A DNA stretch of 59,372 nt, counting the filler, from Sphacelaria rigidula (taxonomy: Eukaryota), in the NCBI GenBank assembly GCA_964200075.2. It is 5 parts of 5 records of this genome, joined end to end, with 100 filler letters (N's around TTAATTAATTAA, not from the genome) between each part and the next. Parts side by side here need not be neighbours in the genome. Positions count along the whole stretch, not along the records: positions 47,580 to 59,372 come from CAXNAA020004489.1; 4 more parts are not named here. The stretch is one strand, 5' to 3'. Below the pieces are notes generated by a model. That model did not search any database and had not been told where the DNA came from. It saw nothing but the letters and a program-made list of their open reading frames with translations. Within the stretch, counting starts at the first letter, position 1, and the number at the start of each line of letters is the position of its first letter. The translations under genes and the position numbers were made by a program. Below are positions 48,229 to 59,372 of the stretch, in pieces.

Positions 48229-51200
48229 GTCCTCCGTTTGTACGAGTCCAAAGTGCTGGACTCCATCCAGTTTCTCTTCGATCTCGGCTTCGTGCCTCGC
48301 GTCACCCTGCCGCCCACCTACACCCGCGCCGCCGTTGTGGAGGCCGTGCGCAGTCAAATAGACATCAGCGGCGGCGGCGGTGGCGTCATGGGCAAAGATG
48401 TTCCACTTGCCCTGGAGGCGTGGTCTCGAGATGGAGCGGGTGCTGCCGTCGTAGAGGGTGTGGTGCAAGGCGATAGTTCCAAGAAGAAGGGCGAGGATGT
48501 TGGTCGGGGTGGCGGCATCCCCGTCCTCGGAGCTCGGATACTAAGCACGTCCAGGTAAGCTGCGCATAAACTGAGCTGGCGACAAAGGCCTGCTCTGTTG
48601 GTTATCTTGCTTCAGATCGGAGACTTGCTGTTCGCGGTGTGAAGTAGTTAGTGAGGGGTTTGTTTGGCGTATGTTTGCGACAAGATAACCTTTGTTGATC
48701 CTCACTCGCTTCTTCAATCGGCGTGATGAACGGCATGTGGTGACCATGGCACGCAGGTACCGGAGGGACTTCGAAGAACAAGAGCTCATTGCACAGGGCT
48801 CATTCGGGGATGTTTTCCGGACTCGTCACCGCTTGGATGGCACCAGGTGTGTTTGTGCTGCTGTAGTGTGAACGTTGTGTGCCGCAAGATCTTTGTCGGC
48901 CGTATCAAAATGCACGATACTCCCGGTCGCGCGCTACTTTTCGAGCATCATTCGATGAAGGCCGGTCTTGTAGGCAAGTCACCTCGCAGGCGACGTTGTA
49001 TGAAGAGAGAATAAGTGCTCCACTCACCCCACCTCCCCTGCTCTACCATCCGCCGCGCGTGCTCACGCTGTCGCTTGTGCTATACTTTGTCTTCAATCCC
49101 AACTCCGATTTGTTGTGGCTTCACAGCTACGCGATCAAGAAGGTGGTGTTTCGCGGCGTGGGCGTCTCCCACCCTCGCGCTCAGGCGGTTATGCGGGAGG
49201 TGCAATGCCTCGCTCAACTGGACCATCGCAACGTCGTTCGATACCACACCTCGTGGTTGGAGAGTAGCTGGGTGGAGAACGGGATGGGCCGTACTAGCGG
49301 GGCCTCTCCAACTGGGGCTGCTGGTGGCTTTCTCGGGATAGACGTGAAGCGCAGTCCGACGGCAGCGCGAGGTGTGCGTGACCTCAGTGGTATCGCGGCG
49401 GGAATTCGATCCACGCTACCGCACGGAACCGTCCGGGCGCTGGGCGCGTCAAGTGCCGCCGGTACCAGCGAGGACGGGGGGGATATGTCCGTGCGCGCGC
49501 GACTCGATGCCTTGGTGCCGGCTAACATGCAACCACAGCTCATCAGAGGTCTGGAGAGCATGATACGCGCGAACGATTCAGCGTCGGAGTCCAGCCAGTC
49601 GGGCTGGGGTTTGGGCGTCGATAGCGAGGCCAGCGGCGGCGGAGGAGGCGGCGCGGCAGGCATGAGTGACACAGCATGGCGCAACGTCCACCTACGGTCC
49701 GGCGCAACGACCCGTCGATGGAGGGGCAACAGTCTACTGAGGGGCAACGGCGGCGGCTGGGGAGATGGTTTCCAACGCGGATCCCTGTCTCCTCGGAGGC
49801 AGTCTCCCAGGTCTCCTCTTTGCCCGTTTCCCGCGACCACGCCGCGGGACAGGGGCTTCAGCCGCTGGTCTGCGGAGGACGCGGAAAGTGAAACGAGCAG
49901 GTGGAGTGACGCGGAATCATTGGCCACTGGCAACCGCGTCGACTTCGGCGATGACGTCGGCGCTGCTGACAGAAGCTCGATTGGTGGGACTGGTGAACTG
50001 GTGTCAGCAAACACATCCAGCAGCGGCGGCGGCGCGGCCGGAGTGAGGACAACTGTTGGCGTCCCGGCTTCTGCGTCTCCCGCGAAGGACTGCCTCGAAC
50101 CAATGGTGTTGCATCACCCGCATACGTTCCGTCACCCATCGATTGATCTTGATGATCTGGTTTCGTTCGGAAAGTCCGCGGGGACGGAAGATGGGGCCGC
50201 ACCTCACGAGAGTGGTGAAGCATCGTACGACGAGAGGCGTGACGGTTGGCGTGAGATGGGTGCTGCTCCGGGTGCACCAGGAAACATGGGTCACGGCGGT
50301 CGCGGGCGTAATCGTCGCGACGCTCATGGCGGTGGTAGCGGTGGTCGTCACCGCGCGAAAGGCTGGGCGCCGGCGCAGGCCCGGCGGAGCGTGTCCCCCG
50401 ACGGTGTCATCCATTACCCCGTGACGCTTTACATCCAGATGACTCTCTGCCCCGGGGACACGCTACAGGACTGGATGCGAAAGCGGAATGCCCGCCTCGC
50501 GTCCGAGGCCGAAGACAGATGTTCCTCCGCCGGAGCAGGGGTTTTGATAGAGCAATCGGCGACAGAATCCGCAGACGAAAACGCAGACACCCCAAGCTCA
50601 TCCGTTTTCGGTGATACGTACGGTCGTCGCCGGGGGGAACCCCGGCAAGCTTCGCGCTCCGACAGCGATGGCGGCGGCGACGACGATGTCCTCTCCGTAC
50701 TGCACGAAAATCCCAGCTCGCTCCCTTCACCCCTCCACGCCGGGAACGGTCGCGGTGAGCACGATGATGATGTGGTCGCCAAACCCTTGCAGACCCCGGC
50801 CACCTCTCCTCGTACTGACCCCGCTACGTCAGAGTCGTCCCAGGGGGAGTCGGACGGCACCCCGTCGGAGGGGTGCTGTTCGAACAGCGCGAGCACGCAG
50901 GGTGGTATGCTGTGCCCGCCGCCCACGCGCGAAACAAGCTGTGACCTCCCCTGTGGATTTTCTTCAACCGCGCACGGAGGAAGGGAAAGGGCCGGCGGTA
51001 AGGCAAGGAGAACTTCGTCGCCCGCATCGCCCGCTGTGTCGGCATCGTGTTCGCGCGCCAGCGGGACCGAGGTGGAGTGTGAGTGGACGGGGGACCAGGG
51101 GTCCGGCCGCGTTGACCTGCACGAGTCGCTCCGGCTCTTCCGACAACTCGTCGACGGCGTTGCCCACGTACACTCGAAGGGCATCATCCACCGGGATCTG

Positions 51201-52847
51201 AAGGTACATGATTTTTGGTCATGTGCTTTGTGTTGGGGGTAAGGTCTTGTAAACGGCGGTGTGTTCACGACCTCCGGGTGATGAGTTTGTGGTAAGTTTT
51301 AACCCAGAGACGTATCTAGGAGGGGTTGTACCATCGATAGTGGTGTGTTATCAAAATGTTTAAACAGCCATCACCAGGTCTCGATCCGGGGCAGTGGTGT
51401 ATGACTTAACGGCGATATACATCGCAGTACGCGTTAGGTGCTGTACAGGTATGGTGTACGTGCTCTTACTGATTTTTCGATATGGATGTGTGCTCAGCGG
51501 CGCCTTGGAGCGGTTGATAAGAAATCCTGTCTTGTGTGGGCAGTGGTACATTGATATACACTCGTTTCAATGCTTTTAGGTACGACGGAGCGTGCGCCCG
51601 TGAAAATGTCGTTGTGTTAACCCTCGTACGAATGTACAGATCACGTAACCTCATTGACCACGCCATGATCTCACTTCTCCGCGCCCCCGCCCTCCCATTC
51701 ATGCCCACTCAGCCGGAGAACGTGTTTGTTGGCGAGGACGGCTGTCTCAAGATCGGCGACTTTGGCCTTTCTCGCCCCGATTGCGAAAAGTCGTTGCCTC
51801 CATCGGCGGGGGAAGCACAACACGATGTAGCAGAAGCAGCAGCAGCCGATGCCGCCGGTATCATCGTCCCTCGACATGTAACCGACTCTTGTGCGAACGA
51901 TCACACCACCGGAGTGGGCACGGCGAGCTACGCGTCGCCCGAGCAACTCCAAGGTCGTCGCTACGGCCTCCGCTCGGACATGTTCTCGCTGGGTCTGATG
52001 CTGCTGGAGCTCTGCTGCTGTTTCACGACGACGCACGAGCGAGCCGCAGCGTTCCAATCCATGCGCAATCCCGATGGTGCCGCACCTCTGCACCTAGCGG
52101 AGCGCGCGCCGGAGATCGCCGCGCTCGCGGAGTTGTTGTGCCGTACCACGGTCGAACATCGACCGTCAGCAGCTGGAGCGCTGGAGAGACTCGACCGCAT
52201 CATTGAGCACTGCGGGTGCGCTCGATGTAACACGATTCCCATCGGTGGTGGTGCGGTACGCGAGAGTGTCAGAGGTGGAGGGTACGAGTCGGATGAGTCT
52301 GGAGATTCCCGTCTACGGGAGGAGCTTGCGGCCAAGACCCGCATCGTCGAGGAACAGGTGCTAATCTAGAAGACCACCATGACTGGAGTTGTGGCCGCAT
52401 TCTTGCGGAGCTCACAGAGCTCTCACGTCGTGATTCTGTTATTTTGCTCTCTGCCTCAAGTCACGGTGTCTGTTTTGTTGATTTCAGTATGTCTTTGGGA
52501 TGGGCTATGCTTCGGGGGGCGTGTATCGTCGCAGGAAGGCAGCAGCGTACAACACTACTGCGACGCCGATCCCAAAACTTTGAGCTCACGTCATCAGAAA
52601 CTCCCGCATCGTCCCTGTCCCTCCCGCTTCTGCGGCTCAATCTGTCGTTTTCGTGGTTTAACAGGAGGTGCTGATCGAGCAACTCCAGCGCAAGCTTACG
52701 GAGTTGTCGAGAAACGGCTCCCCGGCGGCCAATCCTGTCGCTCCGGTCGCAAGCGTCGAGGATGGTGGAGCTGGCAACGGCGGACTCGACATGGACGCGT
52801 TGAAGCTCGGCCTTACTGCGCTGCCACAGCACGGCAAGCCTCCGTAA
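48229..52847 (+). CDS. eIF2-alpha kinase, HRI(EIF2AK1)-like, 5'-partial
   Basis: Exons 48229-48554, 48757-48846, 49127-51203, 51713-52357 and 52665-52847 (TAA). Motifs SRYRRDFEEQELIAQGSFGDVF..RLDGTSYAIKKV, REVQCLAQLDHRNVVRYHTSWLE, TLYIQMTLC, HRDLKPENVF, KIGDFGL, HTTGVGTASYASPEQ, and a C-terminal coiled coil. Confidence 0.92.
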
Positions 52848-55800
52848 GAAGGCGTGTATCGTTCGCTTCCCCCGTAAAGCGAGGTAAACAGCGGCGGCAA
52901 ACGTGAGGTTCGCTCACGCGGGTGAACTCGAAGGCACTTTGAGTGTGCGCGGGGCGAACCGAAGTGTGGGTGCGTAGGAAGTTGGACGGTAGCGGCATCG
53001 GGGCGTCAGGTGGTCGTGACGCACCATGTATCACGAAGAGGTTGATTGGGAAAGAGCGGAACAAAGTATCGCCCTGCGTTGTTTTCACCAAACCTCAGGT
53101 CTGTATGTAGGGGTTTCGGTGGAGTAGAGTGGAGTGGAGTTAGCTCGGGAGAAAAAATGAAGGGGCCGGGGGCCTTGTAGTAGGACGGATGTATTTTTGA
53201 GCAGGATGGAGCAAAGCACGGATCGAAGCAACGCCAAAAAATAAATGTATGGGCTCTATTTCCTGCAAGCACGGTTTTTTGGAACTGAGTTTTGAGCGGG
53301 GAGATGTCCGCCATTGCGATAAAAATGTCATGCTATAAATATATATACACCACAAGGAATGGTGCCTTCTTTTTTGGCGATCGGGGCGGCGCAAGCCAAA
53401 TCAAGTCGTATTGGTATTGGGGAGGAGAGCAGGAGAGAGCCATGTACTCATGTACTTGATATTGATATTGATAGAAATATGAATCCCAGGTGATACGTTG
53501 GGGATGCGGACGGGGGAAGGTCGTAGTGTCTTCATCGTCGTTGCTTGCTTGTGGGTTCTCCGCCGGATGCACGAAGCGCAGAGCATCAGTAGTACTCTGG
53601 TTTTAGGAGAAGGCATGCGCAACGACAGTGCACAGGGGGCGCTGCACAATGTAGAAAAAGAACCGTCGAGGTTTTCCCATCACGTCTGTCGACGCAGAGC
53701 CAAGGGAGACAGCTAGTAAGACGGAGGAAGGAGGTCTTCCGGGGGCGGGTCATGAAGGAAGAGTAAATAGCGCATGGATTGAACCAATATGTTCGTTGAT
53801 ATGTTGAGCTATCTGACGGTTGGCGTTGGCTCGAGCATTGTCGCGGCCGCCACCCTCGTCAGACTATGTGTCACTGTCGACGAGGAAGCGGGGTTTATTC
53901 CTCAATTGCGCGCGCTCGTCCTTCAGGGTCCTGAGGCGGAAGGGACGGAAGTCCAACCATGTATGTAGCGTACGTTCACCGCACCAACGAAGAAGGGCGG
54001 AACGAGTGGGAGGGGGGAGAAATGGTGAAACAAGCTGGAATGGGGGATCACGCCGTGGGCAGCCGTTTTGTAGGTAGGGCAGGGCGAGGGATACTCCTTA
54101 TCTTTTCCGGAGGGGGGGGGGGGGGGGGGCAACACGAGGGACGGAAGAGGAGAGATTCCTTTTTTCACCTTTGTCGAGAGTGCTCATGTCACGCATTGCG
54201 CAATTATTTTCTACTCATTTTTTGACGTTTTCAGACAAGTGAACTGTGGGGTGTAGCAGGCGCGGGGCGACGGTTGCAGCTCCCCTGTTTGCAGTTTGAT
54301 CATGTGTGGAAGCTGACGTCGGGCGTTTGCTGTTGTCGAGCGGTGAAAATTTTCCCCGCCCCCCCGGCGCGTGTGGCGCGGGGGCAGAGAGCAGAGGGGA
54401 GGAGGGGGGAAGCATGCGTGAGAGCTTGCCGATGAACAGCGGCAAGCGAGCGGGTCTGTCTTTATACATTCATGTGCGGGTGGATGAATTTGCCTTGGAT
54501 CGGTGTGGTTTCATTTGCATGCGTGCGTGAATCGTTAGCCGTATCTTTGTTTTGTTGTATTTGTTTTTGGCTCATGACTCTTGTCCGTCTTGTCATTCTG
54601 TCTTTTCTGTGAATTGGAGTGTTGTGTTTGTTTTTGGGCGTCGAGTATATGTTGTAGGTTATGTGTCGGTTCGAGGCCACGTGCATGCCTTGCACGTTGA
54701 GGTATTCGAACGCAGTACTGTTTTTGTGAAGGTATTCCTGTACAGGTGCATCAGGCGAAACACTTAAAAAGTGAATATTGAGGTGAACAACAACGATGGT
54801 GGTACGATACTTTTTTCTTTTCTTTCGCGTGTTTGGAGCATTTTTATTGTTATTTTTCTTTCGCGTTGCTTGTCACGCTGACTGTAGTAGGCGGCTCTTC
54901 GGTACCACGCCCCTCGTGTTCCTGTGCGTGCGTGTTTGTGTTCCGTGCGCGTCGTGCCCTGTTTCGCGCAAGGGGCGACGAGAATTTAGTGGTTAGGTTT
55001 GCACTGATGCATAACCAGTTATTTTTTGTGTCGTATGAGGGAGGGTCTCGAACCCGGGGTTCTACTGAAAACCACTGCAAATCGAGATCGGTTGCTCTCT
55101 CGTTTAACCTCGTCATCATCCGCCTCCTCACCAGTCATGGGTAGTTGGTAGGGATGAGAACGAAGCGTTCATATATCGCGGCGTCGGAGAGGATGCACGG
55201 GCGTAGGAGCGGGAGCGTGTTGACGACATTGTGACGGTGTGGTTGATTGTTTGGGTGTTTGCGTGAAGGATTCGGAGGGGAGGTGAGGGAGGAGGAGGAG
55301 GATGGCGGCGTGATGTCGCAAAATTGCACAAGAAATGTGAGGATGAATTGAACCAAGTTATTATTGCGCTGCCGCGGTGTATGTTAATCTTGATCTGTCG
55401 ACAGCAGGGTGATCTCGTTTTGCTCTGCTTTTTCTGTTTTGGCTGCTGCCCTGATCATCTCTATTAGAACGGTTGCCCTTCCATTTGCCTGATCTTTTCT
55501 CACGAGGTCTCATGTGGGCCGGGGGCGCCGTTATCACACTCTTCAGTTAGTTGTAGTTTACAGTATGATCGCAGGACCTGAGAATACGATCATGGACGAA
55601 AAACGCGATGTGGATGTGGAAAGAGGGTGGTCGTGTTGTGGAAGATGACTTGGCGAAGATACTGTCGTAAAAAAGTGGGGGACGTTGACGCGATGAGCCC
55701 TGGCTTGTGATTCATGCACCTGTGTTGAAGGAGGGTCGCGGGAGTTGCGAGTTGACAGCTACGGAGGTGCCGATGTCTCTTGTAGCTCATTATGATGCGA

Positions 55801-57377
55801 AAACGCGCGTGTATGATGAAAGATGGCGTCAATTTTTTTTTCTTGTCGCTTTTTTTCCACCGTTTTTGTTATTGTTGTTTTTCGTACACACCCGTCTCGT
55901 GTGTTGTGAGTTTGTTTTTGTGCTCTTACTAAGTAATACCTTCGCCTTCTCTTCTTCGAGCTTTCCCATTTGATTGGATTTGGCTCGATTTGATTTGATT
56001 GGAGCATGGTAGTTCTGTGGACAACTCGCGGCATGAACGAGAATTTCATGTGTTCGGAGGGCGGTTGTCGTATGGAGGATGGATGAATTAAGTAGCTCAC
56101 GACTTGTGGACCTGCGGTGGATGCAAGGAAAAAACCATTCAAAATTGGAGGGTATTGGCAGTTGATTTCGTTGGTTTTGAGGGGGCGCGCAGGGGGGTCG
56201 GGGGGAGATTATTAGGCAGAGGAGGCACCCATTAACCCATAACGGATTTGTACTATACGATAGGATGAAGGATGTAGATACATGAGACAAGAACGCGCAG
56301 GGCGTCTTGCCAGTACGATGAGAAAACTATTGGAGTGCATGTCTTGAGGAAAGGGAATCTATTCCCCTCGTTGCGGTAGCAGATGAGTTTGCTATTACAC
56401 GTGAGGGTGGGAAAACCTTGATTTTATTTTCCGCGAGGAGAGGGACCTTACCTGTGTTAACTTCCTTCTTGTGCCAGCTTGCATGTTTTTTATTTCTACG
56501 ATTAGAGTGCGTTTTTGTTTGGAGTGCAACAGTAGTTACACCTGAGATCTCGAGGCTGCTCCGGGAGTCTTTCGTTTTTCGAGTTCCTCATCGTCTGCAG
56601 ACGTACCAAACCGGGTCGCATTTATTAGAGAGGCTGGCTCTACACAGAGTACCAGGTAGGTTGTGTTGTACTGTACTCATTCGTTTTGGGGGTTTTCAAC
56701 CATAGTGGCAATTGAGCTTTCTCGTTTGGCGGCTTTTGTGCGTCTCGTCTTCCGACGAAAGAAGGACATGGTAAATTCGCAGCATTAATGATAACCTCCG
56801 ATGAGTTTTTCCTGTACCCCACAGATGAGATGTAAAACACTGCAAGCGTTGGACGAATCAGCGCTGGTTCAAATCACCGAATGTACGATATCTGAGGCCT
56901 GATCGCTGAAGAGAGGGGAAGCTAACGGCGCATCAATGACGTCTTCAGGCATATTTTGCGCTACTCCACGTACCCAGAGTGCGCGTGCCGGGGGGTGCAA
57001 CGCTGAAAAAACGTCAAAGATTGACCTGTGCGGTACGAATTAATTACAGTAGTCAGCGTCACAAGTATGCAGAATTCGTGAGTTCTTAGTTTCTCTCAAG
57101 ATTTTCCAAATTTGTTTCGCTTGCCACCGCTCATCACAGTGACTGTTGGATGCCGAAAAATGAGCATCGGGAGATAATTTCATCCTCTTGACAATTATTG
57201 GAGGGAAAAAAATCCGCGATCAATATTGAGTGACTTACAGAGTTGATCGACCTTCGGGGGTCCTGCGAAAGTGCAACCCCAGGTTTTAGCTTTTTGGTAT
57301 TTTCGGTGGACCGACTCGATCCCGATCATATTAGTGAAGACTCAAGAACAATCTTTTTTTCGAAATTCCACCTAGTC

Positions 57378-58178
57378 ACTGCGGTAAAGCCGGAAAACAA
57401 CGCTTGTTGGACCATTCACGGTCAAAAACGCCCTTCTGATAAACAGGGTCTTTACTCCGTATCGCCCCCACAACACCAACTCGGGCATTGTGATTTGAGC
57501 ACAGTCTGCTTATTTTGCCGAAACTATCGACGCTAGCACTTTCGAGTGCTCATGGGAAATGTTACGCAAGAAACCCCCAAAAGAGGCCATCCGCAGAAAG
57601 TGCTGTTTGACAGGTATGTGCAGTAAAGGAGGGAAACACGATCTCGATCGCTGTTTTGAATAACTGTATATACAACAACGTTTTCGTGAGATTGAGAGTT
57701 GAGCGCTGATCGAGAGTGGCTTTGATCATTTGCTTCAACTTACCCATTTTTTTTTTCCGCGTGTGCTTTTCTTTGCCTCCATCACTGGCGTGCGTTTATA
57801 GCTACACGTCGATATCCTACTCGGGGATATCCAGGGCCTTAATGGCAAGCTACTGCAGAAAGCACATCGGGCCTCGTGGAGGGGCATTTCGGAACTGAAA
57901 AGATTCAGTCACTATTTGACCTTTTTCACTCTCAATCGTACCCTCTACTCTCAATCTCACGAAACCATTGTTATACATACTCATTTACCTGAATATTTAC
58001 CGTTTCTTTGCGGAAAAGCCGGAAAACTGTTTTGATTGGATCAAAAACGGTCAATATCGCCCTCCTGCTAAACGGGGTTTCTAGTCCATATTGCCCCAAA
58101 AACACCAACTTGGGCACTGCAATTTGAGCGCGGCCTACGTCTTCCCCTAAATCCACCGATGCCAGCACTTTCAAGTAG
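57378..58178. repeat. ~170-bp diverged direct repeat pair (57378-57548, 58007-58178)
   Basis: AAAGCCGGAAAAC..ACGGTCAA..CGCCCT..AACACCAACT.GGGCA..GATTTGAGC..AGCACTTTC occurs in both. Confidence 0.65.
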
Positions 58179-58900
58179 TAATAATGAAAAATAATACTCG
58201 AGAAAAACTCAAGAACTACAACAACCACGACTTCTGACAACTTCTGATCCTGACTACTGTACACTAAAAGCGAGTAATTTTCCGGCGAATCATTACTCAT
58301 CCGACCCTTGAAACATTGGCTGCGGACGAGACAACAATCAGGGGAGTAGCGCTCTTTTTGCGCCAAGTCATTTTCACACATCATCGGGTCGCGCGATCTT
58401 GCGTTCATCATGTGGAACGCCACATTAGCAAGTTAGAGGGAAAGTGCTGGTGAGGTGTCCTGGTCGGTTGTGATTCTGATGGGCCGTATTTACAATCTCG
58501 AATCTGGGAGAGAAGGAAGTTCGCGAAATATGACCTTCATCAAACGCGCAGCTAGGTTTCTACCCGGAATATTCTGGCCACACTTCAGAAGCGTAAATTA
58601 CAATGATTTCGTGAGATTGAGAGTAGAGGATACGAGTGAAAGTGAAAAGCGGTCAATGAGGGAATGAATCGTTTCAGTTCCGAAATGCCCCTCCACGAGG
58701 TCCAATAATATGTTTTTTGTGGTAGCTTGCCACCGATACCTTTGATATCCCTGAGTAGGATGTCGACGTGTATCTGTGAGCACACGCCAATACCAGAGGC
58801 AAAGAGAAGCCCACACGAGATGAAAGAATGGCTGAGTTACAGACAGCGAATAATCAAAGTCACTCTCAATCAGCGCTCCATTCTCAATCTCACGAAAACG
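57679..58900. mobile_element. Two ~300-bp MITE-like copies in inverted orientation (57679-57973, 58600-58900)
   Basis: Each copy is bounded by TTTCGTGAGATTGAGA..TCTCAATCTCACGAAA; internal CCTCGTGGAGGGGCATTTCGGAACTGAAA is reverse-complemented in the second copy. Confidence 0.8.
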
Positions 58901-59372
58901 GTGTTAAATGGGGAAAAGGATGAGAGTGCCCAAAAACAAAAATCCGAGACCCTATGCCCCTTTTTTGAATCCTGGAGTTTTTCGTGGGGGGGGGGGGGGG
59001 GGGGGGGGTTAATTATTTTCCTAAATTAAAAAAAAAGAAAAAAAAAAGGGGGGGGGTGAGGGTGGGGGAAACAAAANNNNNNNNNNCAAAAAAGAAAAAG
59101 CCTGGCGTCTGTTTTCTTTTTTTGAATGCTTGTGTTTTTTGGGGGGGGGGGGGGGGGAGGGGAGGTTACTATATCTCATACATTAATAATAAGAAGAATA
59201 AAAGGAGGGATGCTACGGTAGGGGTACACAAATATCGTCTGAGTTAAATTTGTTAGGAGCCCTTTATCTCATCCAAAACACGACTCATGAAAATATGCGA
59301 GACACGCCAGGATGACTATTCCAATGTGCTGGGAATATCCCGAATAAATCTGCAAACGGGGATGCCCTGACC

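Noticed and set aside
49214-51268. Long antisense and alternative-frame ORFs over the kinase exon
   Set aside because: Shadow ORFs of GC-rich coding sequence.

Overview
Eukaryotic, intron-rich, repeat-rich nuclear DNA, most likely from a stramenopile and probably a brown alga (inferred from gene structure and the RPL21 sequence; not confirmed by a search). The window is not one locus. It is five contigs of 11795, 11795, 11795, 11794 and 11793 bp joined by identical 100-nt N44-TTAATTAATTAA-N44 linkers. Contig 1 has GAGCT hairpin-repeat arrays, MITEs, a pogo-like transposase remnant and an internally deleted Ty3/gypsy element. Contig 2 has a complete 4-exon RPL21 gene (160 aa) and a divergent ankyrin-repeat gene. 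Contig 3 has a partial TPR/coiled-coil gene and LINE remnants. Contig 4 has a head-to-tail LINE cluster and a partial CaMKK-like kinase with a GC-AG intron. Contig 5 has an HRI-like eIF2-alpha kinase with two very large inserts. The most unusual signal is a pair of non-LTR retroelement families that end in oligo/poly(C) rather than poly(A). They have almost no 3' UTR, their target-site duplications begin with C-runs, and they insert into each other's C-tails to form same-orientation arrays.
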